Shown piece by piece: positions 1-8,080 of a stretch of DNA of 32,000 nt. The stretch is from Bacillus subtilis subsp. subtilis str. 168 (GTDB taxonomy: Bacteria; Bacillota; Bacilli; Bacillales; Bacillaceae): assembly GCF_000009045.1 (NCBI RefSeq), contig NC_000964.3:870001-902000 (forward strand), given 5' to 3'. A program made the translations under genes and the position numbers. The stretch's first letter is position 1. Every line of letters begins with the position of its first letter. Below the pieces are notes generated by a model. It saw only the letters and a list, made by a program, of their open reading frames with translations. It did not search any database and had not been told where the DNA came from.

Positions 1-350
1 AAGAGGTTTATAAAATTACGGGAAAGCAGGACAACCTGTATTTGCGTCCGCCGCGCGGCGTGTTCAGTGAGTACGTACTGAAAGAAACGAAACGCCTCGG
101 CTATCAAACCGTTTTCTGGTCGGTCGCTTTTGTTGATTGGAAAATCAACAACCAAAAGGGAAAGAAATATGCCTACGATCATATGATCAAGCAGGCGCAC
201 CCGGGAGCCATTTACCTGCTTCACACCGTATCGAGGGACAATGCAGAAGCGCTGGATGACGCGATTACAGATCTGAAAAAACAGGGCTACACTTTTAAAA
301 GCATTGATGATCTGATGTTTGAGAAAGAAATGAGGCTGCCGTCTTTGTAA
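1..350 (+). CDS. pdaA: 3' end of a polysaccharide deacetylase (PdaA-type MurNAc deacetylase); 5' end lies outside the window
   Basis: The frame is open from the window edge to TAA at 348-350. The C-terminal sequence ...FWSVAFVDW...AIYLLHTVSRDNAEALD... is typical of NodB-fold deacetylases and is recognised as B. subtilis PdaA (YfjS). Confidence 0.8.
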   Translation, partial: EVYKITGKQDNLYLRPPRGVFSEYVLKETKRLGYQTVFWSVAFVDWKINNQKGKKYAYDHMIKQAHPGAIYLLHTVSRDNAEALDDAITDLKKQGYTFKSIDDLMFEKEMRLPSL

Positions 351-360
351 AAGAGAAAGA

Positions 361-387
361 CCTCTCCTTAAACGGAGAGGCTTTTCT
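361..387. terminator. Bidirectional rho-independent terminator between convergent pdaA and yfjR
   Basis: Stem cctctcc (361-367) / ggagagg (374-380). It is T-rich downstream on the + strand (cttttcttt) and A-rich upstream (T-rich on the - strand). Confidence 0.7.
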
Positions 388-1248
388 TTATTTTATACAT
401 TTAATCAGTGCGGCCCAGTCCAGATCCCCGAAGCCTTTCTCAATCCCGCTTTCAAAATGGCTCTTGGCCAGCTCGGCAAGAGGAAGATTTGCAGAAACCC
501 GTTTTGCGGCGGCGAGTGCCAGGTTGGTATCCTTCAGCCCTAAAGACATTTTGAAGCCGGCCGGCTCAAATTTCTGCTCGGCCATAATGGTTCCGTAATT
601 TTGATAGACTGGAGAACCAAAGAGCGCGCTGGCGATTTCTAAAAATTGTTTTTGTTCTAAGCCGTATTTCTCCATCATTAAAAAGGATTCAGATAACGCC
701 TCCAGCATGGACACAAGCAAGAAATTAATGCTGATTTTGGCTGCATTTGCCGTCTTGCTTTCTTCGCCGACGTCAAATATCTGCTGGCTCAGGCTGTCGA
801 GCAGAGGCTTGGCAGCTTGCTTTGCTTCCGCCGGTCCGGCTGTTATGATACGGAGCGCGGCTTTGGCTGCGGCATCCGGTCTGCCAAGGACAGGAGCGGC
901 GAGAAAAAATTGTCCTTTCTCTGCATGAGCCGCTGCGAGCTTTTCTGAGAACTCAACACTGATTGTGCTCATCGAGATGTGTATGCCGTTCTCTGCTAAT
1001 CCTTCAAGCAGCCCGTCTTCTCCGAATGTCACGGTGCTGACAGAATCATCATCTGCAAGCATTGTGATGACAATATCAGCGGACTTTGCCGCCAGCCGCG
1101 GCGTATCAGCTGCCTGTGCGCCTTCTGTGACAAGGTCTTCTGTCTTTTGTTTCGTCCGGTTATAGACAGTCAATTCGTAGCCTGCTTGAAGAACATTTCG
1201 GGCAATGGGCTGTCCCATATTGCCGAGTCCGATGACAGCAATTTTCAA
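388..1248 (-). CDS. yfjR: NAD(P)-dependent beta-hydroxyacid (3-hydroxyisobutyrate-type) dehydrogenase
   Basis: N-terminal Rossmann motif IAVIGLGNMG and 6-phosphogluconate-dehydrogenase-like architecture. The ORF-track GTG at 1257 sits inside the SD GGGAG. TTG at 1248 has about 7-nt spacing and is preferred. Confidence 0.8.
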   Translation of the reverse strand: MKIAVIGLGNMGQPIARNVLQAGYELTVYNRTKQKTEDLVTEGAQAADTPRLAAKSADIVITMLADDDSVSTVTFGEDGLLEGLAENGIHISMSTISVEFSEKLAAAHAEKGQFFLAAPVLGRPDAAAKAALRIITAGPAEAKQAAKPLLDSLSQQIFDVGEESKTANAAKISINFLLVSMLEALSESFLMMEKYGLEQKQFLEIASALFGSPVYQNYGTIMAEQKFEPAGFKMSLGLKDTNLALAAAKRVSANLPLAELAKSHFESGIEKGFGDLDWAALIKCIK

Positions 1249-1321
1249 TCTAATCACTCCCTGAATATTTTTTCCATTATAAACAATATGAACAGAATAT
1301 GCATAGCGATCGGCTTACAAC

Positions 1322-1346
1322 AAAAAAGAACAGCTGCTCGCTGTCC
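1322..1346 (-). terminator. Possible terminator after yfjQ
   Basis: The minus strand reads gacagc-gagca-gctgtt followed by cttttttg, immediately after the yfjQ stop (1347-1349). The stem is short. Confidence 0.4.
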
Positions 1347-2306
1347 TCATTTAAAAATATTGAACCATCCTTTATGTACAAACCAAATCAGCATTCCAAT
1401 CACAAGCGCGGCCATCAGGCCAAGTACAGCGAAATATCCGTATTTCCAATGCAGCTCCGGCATAAAGTCGAAGTTCATACCGTATACACCGGCAATAAAG
1501 GTGAGCGGGATGAAAATGGTTGATACGATCGTCAGTGTCATCATAATCGCATTCATCCGGTTTGAGTTTAGCGTCACGTAGCTGTCACGCAAGTCGGACG
1601 TCATGTCACGGTTGGATTCCACAATTTCAGACAACTTTAACAAATGATCATATATGTCGCTGAAATAGGCTTTCGTTTCCCGCTGCTCTTTCACATGGTC
1701 AAGGCTTAAAATCCGGTAGAGCAAATCACGCATCGGGATAATCGTCCGTCTCAAATGCAATAGGTCTGTTCTGAGATCAAACACCTCGTTCATCAGCGTT
1801 CCATACGTTTTGTGGGGACGGCTTTCTTCAATTTCATTCAGCCGGTCTTCAATTTTATACACGAGAGGAAAATATTCATCAACAAGCTGATCCATGATCA
1901 TATAAGAAATATGCCCGGGCCCTTTTTTCAATATGTCCGGTGAAGCATACAAACGCTCCCGGACTTTAGCGATACCGGGCGTTTCGTGTAAATGAAAGGT
2001 GACGACAAATTTTTCGCCTTGAAAGATATCGACTTCCTCCGTCTCAAGTGTTTCCTTATTCAGCGCATGAATCACGTAAAAACGATAGCCGTCATAATGG
2101 TCAAGCTTTGGCCGCTGCATATGCTGGAAGCAATCCTCAATGGCAAGCGGGTGAAAATGAAAAAAATCTCTCAATAACGCCGTTTCCGTATCCTCCGGGC
2201 CGTAAAAATCAACCCAGTACCATGCAATATCAGGCTGTTCCACTCGTTCGATCGGTATATTTTTCAGCAGCTGATGCTCTGTTGTGATTGCGGTAATGTT
2301 GATCAT
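1347..2306 (-). CDS. yfjQ: CorA-family divalent metal ion (Mg2+/Co2+) channel
   Basis: Two C-terminal TM helices with the CorA signature YGMNF. The SD AGGTGGAGGG is 6 nt upstream of the internal ATG at 2306, whereas the ORF-track ATG at 2327 lies upstream of that SD. Confidence 0.85.
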   Translation of the reverse strand: MINITAITTEHQLLKNIPIERVEQPDIAWYWVDFYGPEDTETALLRDFFHFHPLAIEDCFQHMQRPKLDHYDGYRFYVIHALNKETLETEEVDIFQGEKFVVTFHLHETPGIAKVRERLYASPDILKKGPGHISYMIMDQLVDEYFPLVYKIEDRLNEIEESRPHKTYGTLMNEVFDLRTDLLHLRRTIIPMRDLLYRILSLDHVKEQRETKAYFSDIYDHLLKLSEIVESNRDMTSDLRDSYVTLNSNRMNAIMMTLTIVSTIFIPLTFIAGVYGMNFDFMPELHWKYGYFAVLGLMAALVIGMLIWFVHKGWFNIFK

Positions 2307-2325
2307 AAACAACCCTCCACCTGCC

Positions 2326-2334
2326 ATTATATCA
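2326..2334 (-). promoter_or_regulatory. Candidate extended -10 (TGATATAAT) for yfjQ
   Basis: The reverse complement of attatatca is TGATATAAT. The -35 is poor and the leader is very short. Confidence 0.35.
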
Positions 2335-2386
2335 TGCGGTCTTTATGAGAAAAGTATACGGTACTCTCTGCCTAATTCCAGCGGCA

Positions 2387-2395
2387 TGTTATACT
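2387..2395 (+). promoter_or_regulatory. Candidate extended -10 (TGTTATACT) for yfjP
   Basis: TG-n-TATACT lies about 30 nt upstream of the yfjP start. The -35 is weak. Confidence 0.35.
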
Positions 2396-2424
2396 GAACA
2401 AAAACGGAAAAAAGGGTGGATCTC

Positions 2425-3288
2425 ATGTGGAAGGAAAAAGTATCTGTCACGCCTCCGTATCATTTTGACCGCGTGCTGGACAGGCTGTCTTTAGACCCCC
2501 TCAATGCTGTTGATCGAGAGGCGAGGGAAGTCCGTGTGCCAATCAGAAATCAAGCGGGGGACGTATGTATTGTAAAGGTACAGGCGTTAGGCCATGCGGG
2601 CGAGCCTGAGTTCCTCGTCAGCGGGGAAACGGATCAGGGAGAAATGATGAAGGAAATCAAGCGGATTTTTCAATGGGAAAATCATTTGCAGCACGTTCTG
2701 GATCATTTTTCAAAAACGAGCCTGTCCGCCATTTTTGAAGAGCATGCCGGGACGCCGCTTGTTCTGGACTACAGCGTGTACAACTGCATGATGAAATGCA
2801 TTATCCACCAGCAGCTTAATCTTTCCTTCGCTTACACGCTAACAGAACGGTTTGTTCATGCGTTTGGCGAGCAGAAGGATGGCGTGTGGTGCTATCCAAA
2901 GCCGGAAACGATTGCGGAACTCGATTATCAGGATCTGCGTGATCTGCAATTCAGCATGAGAAAAGCGGAATACACCATTGATACATCAAGGATGATCGCA
3001 GAAGGCACACTCAGCTTGTCAGAGCTGCCGCATATGGCGGATGAAGACATTATGAAGAAACTGATCAAAATCAGGGGTATCGGCCCGTGGACCGTGCAAA
3101 ACGTCCTCATGTTCGGACTTGGCCGTCCCAATTTATTCCCGCTTGCCGATATCGGCCTCCAGAATGCCATCAAACGCCACTTTCAGCTGGACGATAAGCC
3201 GGCAAAGGATGTCATGCTGGCGATGAGCAAGGAGTGGGAGCCTTATTTAAGCTATGCGTCTTTGTATTTGTGGAGGAGTATAGAATAA
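2425..3288 (+). CDS. yfjP: HhH-GPD superfamily DNA glycosylase (AlkA-like 3-methyladenine DNA glycosylase II)
   Basis: Helix-hairpin-helix motif IRGIGPWTVQNVLMFGLGRPNLFPLADIGL with the downstream catalytic Asp. The ATG at 2425 follows the SD AAGGGTGGA; the ORF-track GTG at 2416 lies inside that SD. Confidence 0.8.
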   Translation: MWKEKVSVTPPYHFDRVLDRLSLDPLNAVDREAREVRVPIRNQAGDVCIVKVQALGHAGEPEFLVSGETDQGEMMKEIKRIFQWENHLQHVLDHFSKTSLSAIFEEHAGTPLVLDYSVYNCMMKCIIHQQLNLSFAYTLTERFVHAFGEQKDGVWCYPKPETIAELDYQDLRDLQFSMRKAEYTIDTSRMIAEGTLSLSELPHMADEDIMKKLIKIRGIGPWTVQNVLMFGLGRPNLFPLADIGLQNAIKRHFQLDDKPAKDVMLAMSKEWEPYLSYASLYLWRSIE

Positions 3289-3320
3289 TTCGTCTGACAA
3301 TGAAGGAAATCCTGCAAACG

Positions 3321-3329
3321 TGTTATACT
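3321..3329 (+). promoter_or_regulatory. Candidate extended -10 (TGTTATACT) for yfjO/rlmCD
   Basis: This is the same TGTTATACT nonamer seen upstream of yfjP, about 75 nt upstream of the GTG start. Confidence 0.35.
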
Positions 3330-3401
3330 AGAAAGATGTGAAAAAACCATTTCACTTTCTGCCATCCGCAGAAAGCTTCATATAGAAACGGAGAGAACAA
3401 C

Positions 3402-4802
3402 GTGAACCAACAAAAGAAACAGGCGCCCGTCGAACTGAAGGTCGGACAAACTTTTCCGCTGACGATTAAGCGTCTCGGCATTAACGGAGAAGGTGTTGGC
3501 TATTTTAAGAAAAAAGTCGTCTTCGTGCCCGGCGCGCTTCCTGGCGAAGAAGTTGTTGTGCAGGCCACAAAGGTCCAGCCGAAGTTTTCGGAGGGCCGCA
3601 TTAAGAAAATCCGCAAGGCATCTGAGCACCGGGTGGCACCGCCTTGCCCTGTTTATGAACAATGCGGCGGCTGTCAGCTTCAGCACCTTGCATACAGCCA
3701 GCAGCTTCGGGAAAAACGTGATATCGTCATTCAGTCTCTTGAACGCCATACGAAGTTTAAAGTTGAAAACATGGAAATCAAAGAAACGATTGGCATGGAC
3801 AACCCGTGGAATTACCGCAATAAAAGCCAATTCCAGATCGGGCGCTCGCAAAGCGGCAGCATCATCGCCGGCTTATACGGCCTTGATTCTCATGATATCG
3901 TGCCGATTAAAGACTGTATCGTTCAGCATCCGGCAACGAACAAAACAACAGGCATCGTCCGCCGCATTTTAGAGGACTTCAATGTGTCTGTTTATAATGA
4001 AAGAAAACGAAAAGGCGACGTTCGCACGATCGTGACGAGAGTCGGCTTTGAAACAGGCGAAGTGCAGGTCGTGCTTGTAACCGCAAAAGAAACGCTTCCG
4101 CACAAGGAAGAAATCGTCAAAGCGATTCAAAAGCGATTGCCAGAGGTCAAATCCATTATTCAGAATGTAAACGGGGCGAAAACCTCAGTGATTTTTGGTG
4201 AGAAAACAAAACAGCTCGCCGGAAAAACAGTGATTCAAGAAGTGCTCGGCGACGTATCTTTTGAATTGAGCGCCCGCGCTTTCTTCCAGCTCAATCCGGA
4301 ACAGACCGTCAAGCTGTATGATGAAGTGAAAAAAGCGGCGCAGCTGACCGGAAAAGAAAAAGTCGTTGATGCGTATTGCGGCGTCGGCACTATCGGCATG
4401 TGGGTTGCGGACGGAGCGAAGGAAGTCCGCGGCATGGACGTCATCAAGGAATCAATTGACGATGCTAAGAAAAACGCCAAAAAACACGGCATGGCAAATG
4501 CCACATACGTAACAGGAACAGCCGAGCACTGGCTCCCGAAATGGACGAAAGAAGGCTTCCGCCCGGACGTCGTCATTGTAGACCCGCCAAGAACGGGCTG
4601 TGACAGCACGTTCTTGGACACGATCAAAAAAGTCAAACCGAAACGCTTTGTCTACGTTTCCTGCAATCCATCCACGCTTGCGAAAGATTTGCAGACGCTG
4701 TCGAAGGACTATCGCGTGGACTATATTCAGCCTGTCGATATGTTTCCGCAGACGGCGCATGTTGAAGCAGTGGCGAGGCTTGTATTAAAATCGTCTAACT
4801 AA
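3402..4802 (+). CDS. rlmCD: 23S rRNA (uracil-C5)-methyltransferase, RumA/RlmCD type (TRAM domain, 4Fe-4S cluster, SAM methyltransferase)
   Basis: N-terminal TRAM-like domain and Cys cluster [17 protein letters not shown] motifs [10 protein letters not shown] and DPPRTG, and the nucleophile motif [15 protein letters not shown] start 6 nt after the SD GGAGAG. Older name yfjO. Confidence 0.85.
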
Positions 4803-4841
4803 AAAGAACATTTCCCAGTCATAAAATAGTTTTCCTAATAA

Positions 4842-4889
4842 GACCTGGATTTCGGTAAAATAAACAATTCCGATTTCCGGGTCTTTTTC
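4842..4889 (+). terminator. Rho-independent terminator after rlmCD
   Basis: Arms gacctggatttcgg / ccgatttccgggtc (with an internal TT mismatch and one G-U pair), followed by ttttt. Confidence 0.65.
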
Positions 4890-4930
4890 GTGCGCAGCTC
4901 TTGTCCTAACGGTCTGTTCTCAATTTTATC
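4843..4930 (+). repeat. Left copy of an imperfect direct repeat (terminator module plus about 40 nt downstream)
   Basis: acctggatttcggtaaa ... tccgggtctttttcgtgcgcagctcttgtcctaacggtctgttctcaattttatc aligns with 7471-7545. My by-eye estimate is about 75 percent identity over the 3' 55 nt, plus the 5' arm. Confidence 0.7.
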
Positions 4931-5109
4931 TTCCTTCTTTTCGCGGAGATCTTTATTTTAACTGGCGAAAAGAATTGAAAAAACGTGTTGAAAAGCAGGT
5001 GAAAAAAAGCGTTATTTAACCGGAAAAATATCCTCCCAGTATGTTTAAAATACATGAGTAGAATGATGTAAAATCATAGATGTATTTTCATAATTTGTAA
5101 AATTATATA

Positions 5110-5139
5110 TTGACTTGCAGTTATTACGTGTGAAATATT
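5110..5139 (+). promoter_or_regulatory. Candidate sigma-A promoter inside the AT-rich segment
   Basis: TTGACT (5110-5115), 18-nt spacer, TG-n-AATATT (5131-5139). Confidence 0.3.
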
Positions 5140-5233
5140 GATGATAGGAATATAAGGAAAGTATGGCGTATATCATTTCAAGAGTCATTCGATGTAAAAA
5201 GTTGAAACATTGTAATAAATGAAAGAGGTGAAA

Positions 5234-5287
5234 ATGATGGCCAACCCCATTTTAAAATGCATAACGTATGAGCACTACAACAATTAA
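5234..5287 (+). CDS. Candidate 17-aa small ORF (MMANPILKCITYEHYNN)
   Basis: A strong SD AAGAGGTG (5223-5230) lies 3-6 nt upstream of the tandem ATG ATG, and a candidate promoter lies about 100 nt upstream. There is no homology evidence. Confidence 0.25.
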   Translation: MMANPILKCITYEHYNN

Positions 5288-5427
5288 ATAATAGTGCCGA
5301 GACGATAACAACTATTACAGTAATACCTACAATGGTTATATCCTTGCGACAATCATGCTTCATAATATAATGATTTTAGATTGACACTTGGCTAAAAAGT
5401 ATTGCAGAGAAGGAAATGGATAATTAA

Positions 5428-5694
5428 ATGGATAAAGTATATAAAAGAAGTTGGTTTCAAACATTTTTGGCATTTTTAGTATCTCAGCTTTATTTTAATT
5501 TTGTAGAATTAACGGGATGGGGTCCTAAGTATAGAGAAATGAATGGATTCCCAGCAAACATAGTTGAACTAGATTTCTTTCAAACATATCTTTCATTCTA
5601 TGATAATCCATGGTTTAATATTATTACTGTTTTCTTGGGAGTTTTCACTATTATACAAATAATTACAGGGATAACAAAGGATATTCGAAATTAA
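5428..5694 (+). CDS. Small hypothetical membrane protein (88 aa, two hydrophobic segments)
   Basis: An intact ORF in an AT-rich context, with hydrophobic segments FQTFLAFLVSQLYFNF and FNIITVFLGVFTIIQIITGI. The SD-like GAAGGAAA is about 12 nt upstream, and a hairpin lies downstream at 5765-5790. Confidence 0.45.
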   Translation: MDKVYKRSWFQTFLAFLVSQLYFNFVELTGWGPKYREMNGFPANIVELDFFQTYLSFYDNPWFNIITVFLGVFTIIQIITGITKDIRN

Positions 5695-5764
5695 AGCAAT
5701 AACTTCTGATGCCTTATTTAATGATGAAAGAAAATGTACACTTTCTTAATTATCTTATGAGTGA

Positions 5765-5796
5765 AGACTGCGACACTTAGTCAGCAGTCTATTTTA
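5765..5796 (+). terminator. Possible terminator after the 88-aa ORF
   Basis: Stem agactgc (5765-5771) / gcagtct (5784-5790), followed by atttta. Confidence 0.4.
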
Positions 5797-6425
5797 TGGT
5801 TCTGGATCAGGATTACCGAATTATAACCCTATACAAATATATAGTAGGTTGCCACTTGCTGCGTTGGTTATTTTCTAAATCATGAGCAAATCCCAAATGA
5901 TTCAGATTGAAGTTCTTGAATTCTTTTAAATAAGGGTTTATTTTCTCTTCTCATCCTCTTTACTCCATGTGATTCACAAGTGGTAGCAGCTTAAGTAGGT
6001 TTTTTCATTCTCTTGAGTACTCAGTTATACCACCCCCAACTCAATTTGCTTTATCTCTATTAGTTTTTCCGCAAATATGATATAGAGATACGGATATGGT
6101 GTAGTGTTAAATATCTTATCTTCAATAACAGGGCAATTATTTTGCGTTGGTAATATGGAGAACTCATATGATATTCTATTTAGGTTGGAATCCTTTTTAT
6201 CCAAAAAGTTCAAAAGCAAGGCCACTAAGAAAGACGAAGGTCAGCGCCAGTTAACCAGAATATAAAAAATAGGGTAGATAATCATCCCACGTGAAATCTT
6301 CAAAATTTACTATAGATTGATAAGAAATGCTTTCGCATGCGATAAGTGTAAAAGAAGCATGGTCAGTTTTTAATTTGGGATAAAGGTTCAGCCGTATCCC
6401 ATAATGAAAGGATTTGATTTTTGTT

Positions 6426-7403
6426 ATGACAGAAAATTTCTGGCGTGAATTACCACGGCCGTTTTTTGTACTGGCACCAATGGAAGATGTGACAGATGTT
6501 GTTTTCCGGCATGTAGTAAGTGAAGCAGGCAGACCGGATGTGTTTTTTACAGAGTTCACAAACTCAGAGAGCTATTGCCACCCGGATGGGAAGGATAGCG
6601 TGCGCGGCCGTTTGACTTTTACAGAGGATGAACAGCCAATTGTGGCCCATATATGGGGAGATAAGCCTGAAAACTTCCGTAAAATGAGTATTGGCATGGC
6701 AGAGTTAGGATTTAAAGGACTAGATATCAATATGGGCTGCCCTGTGCCTAATGTGGCGGGGAATGGAAAGGGAAGCGGCCTTATTTGCCGTCCTGCAGTT
6801 GCGGCAGAATTAATACAAGCTGCAAAAGCAGGGGGATTGCCTGTAAGCGTGAAGACAAGACTTGGATACACGGATGTGGATGAATGGCGCGAGTGGCTGA
6901 CACACATTTTGAAACAGGATATTGCGAATCTTTCTATTCATCTGCGTACAAGGGCAGAAATGAGCAAAGTAGATGCGCATTGGGAGCTCATCCCAGAGAT
7001 TAAGAAACTTCGTGACGAGGTGGCACCAGATACATTGCTAACAATAAACGGGGATATTCCTGACCGTCAAACTGGCTTGAAACTTGCTGAACAATACGGC
7101 GTCGATGGAATTATGATAGGGCGCGGTATTTTTACAAATCCTTTCGCTTTTGAAAAGGAGCCGAAAGAGCATAGCAGCAAGGAATTGCTTGATCTCTTAA
7201 GGCTGCATCTGGATCTCCATGATGAATATTCAAAAGAAGAAGCCCGTCCATACAAGCCTCTTCCTCGCTTTTTCAAGATTTATCTCCGCGGATTCCGAGG
7301 GGCAAGTGAATTAAGAAATCAATGCATGAACACAAAGTCAACAGATGAAGTGCGTGCATTGCTCGACGACTTTGAGAGAAAGTATCTTGATGGGATAGAG
7401 TAA
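6426..7403 (+). CDS. yfjN: tRNA-dihydrouridine synthase (Dus family, FMN TIM barrel)
   Basis: N-terminal [13 protein letters not shown] and the catalytic-Cys motif DINMGCP. The ATG at 6426 (MTENFW...) is preferred because the ORF-track TTG at 6414 abuts the SD GAAAGGA. This is the second Dus paralogue of B. subtilis (called dusC or dusB2 in different sources). Confidence 0.85.
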   Translation: MTENFWRELPRPFFVLAPMEDVTDVVFRHVVSEAGRPDVFFTEFTNSESYCHPDGKDSVRGRLTFTEDEQPIVAHIWGDKPENFRKMSIGMAELGFKGLDINMGCPVPNVAGNGKGSGLICRPAVAAELIQAAKAGGLPVSVKTRLGYTDVDEWREWLTHILKQDIANLSIHLRTRAEMSKVDAHWELIPEIKKLRDEVAPDTLLTINGDIPDRQTGLKLAEQYGVDGIMIGRGIFTNPFAFEKEPKEHSSKELLDLLRLHLDLHDEYSKEEARPYKPLPRFFKIYLRGFRGASELRNQCMNTKSTDEVRALLDDFERKYLDGIE

Positions 7404-7470
7404 CAGCAGTGCTTGATTCAAAAAAGGCTAACAAAATAAAGGGATTTTTACACAATTCTTGACTAAAATA

Positions 7471-7545
7471 AACCTGGATTTTCGGTAAATCCGGGTCTTT
7501 TTTGTACGCAGCTTTTACTCAGCCTGTCTTTTCTCTAATTTATTG
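7471..7545 (+). repeat. Right copy of the imperfect direct repeat
   Basis: aacctggattttcggtaaatccgggtcttttttgtacgcagcttttactcagcctgtcttttctctaatttatt aligns with 4843-4930. Confidence 0.7.
7472..7506 (+). terminator. Rho-independent terminator after yfjN
   Basis: Stem acctggat / atccgggt (one G-U pair), followed by cttttttg. Confidence 0.65.
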
Positions 7546-7598
7546 TAAGAAAATAATGGTATATTTAGTGGAGATATCATATAAAGGGGGAGAGGAAA

Positions 7599-8051
7599 AT
7601 GAAACGGCTATGCATCATCCCCTGCGGCAAGAAAAAAATCTGGGATGTCCAGCCTGATGCCGGGCCGGTAAGAGCAGAGGACGCTTATCTCAGCCCGTTT
7701 CATCAGGCGTGCGAGCGGTATGCAAAAACATTTTTCGATGAGTGGGTGATTTTGTCGGCGAAGCACGGGTTCCTCCGCCCTGATGATCTCGTTTCGGGAA
7801 ATTACGATGTCACTTTTGGCACCGGTCATCCGGAAATCATGACAGCGGACGAGCTGCGCCGTCAATTTCACGAAAAAGGCTTTTCTGATATCGAAGAGCT
7901 AGTCATGCTTGGCGGAAAAAAATATCGAAGCGTTCTAAACGCCGTCATCGGAGAACACCAGCATATCAGCTGGCCGCTATCATCATACAAAGGCATAGGC
8001 TATATGCTCCAAGCGCTGAACCGGGCTGTTGAAGAAAAGCATGAACTGTAG
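7599..8051 (+). CDS. yfjM: Conserved hypothetical cytosolic protein (150 aa)
   Basis: Strong SD AAAGGGGGAGAGG 6-8 nt upstream of the ATG. There is no TM segment or signal peptide. N-terminal CIIPCGKKK motif. Function unknown. Confidence 0.7.
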   Translation: MKRLCIIPCGKKKIWDVQPDAGPVRAEDAYLSPFHQACERYAKTFFDEWVILSAKHGFLRPDDLVSGNYDVTFGTGHPEIMTADELRRQFHEKGFSDIEELVMLGGKKYRSVLNAVIGEHQHISWPLSSYKGIGYMLQALNRAVEEKHEL

Positions 8052-8080
8052 CACGTACATATGAGGAAAAGAGTGGGAAC

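Noticed and set aside
1147-1581. A 144-aa plus-strand ORF spanning the yfjR/yfjQ junction.
   Set aside because: It is antisense to two well-supported genes and to their intergenic promoter/terminator region. It is a shadow ORF.
3378-3972. Long alternative-frame ORFs (157 aa on the minus strand, 159 aa on the plus strand) within rlmCD. Similar internal ORFs occur throughout aco, glv, yfiBC and yfiG.
   Set aside because: All lie inside genes that have strong family signatures in another frame or strand. Their Arg/Ser/Ala-rich compositions are typical of off-frame translation.
5178-5363. A 61-aa minus-strand ORF with an N-terminal hydrophobic helix (ITIVGITVIVVIVSALLF), antisense to the 17-aa sORF. 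At first glance this resembles a type I toxin/antisense-RNA layout.
   Set aside because: There is no Shine-Dalgarno sequence upstream of its ATG (the upstream sequence is aaaatcattatatt), and I could find no convincing promoter. The hydrophobicity may simply reflect AT-rich codon composition. It has no similarity to the B. subtilis type I toxins I know (TxpA, BsrG family).
6025-6225. A 66-aa minus-strand ORF in the AT-rich spacer.
   Set aside because: It has no SD and no recognisable motif, and it lies in a region where every frame is fragmented. I treat it as a possible remnant only (see the finding for 5700-6413).
6251-6559. A 102-aa minus-strand ORF overlapping the 5' end of yfjN.
   Set aside because: It is antisense to a well-supported Dus gene, has low-complexity Ser/Thr-rich composition and no SD. 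It is likely a shadow ORF.
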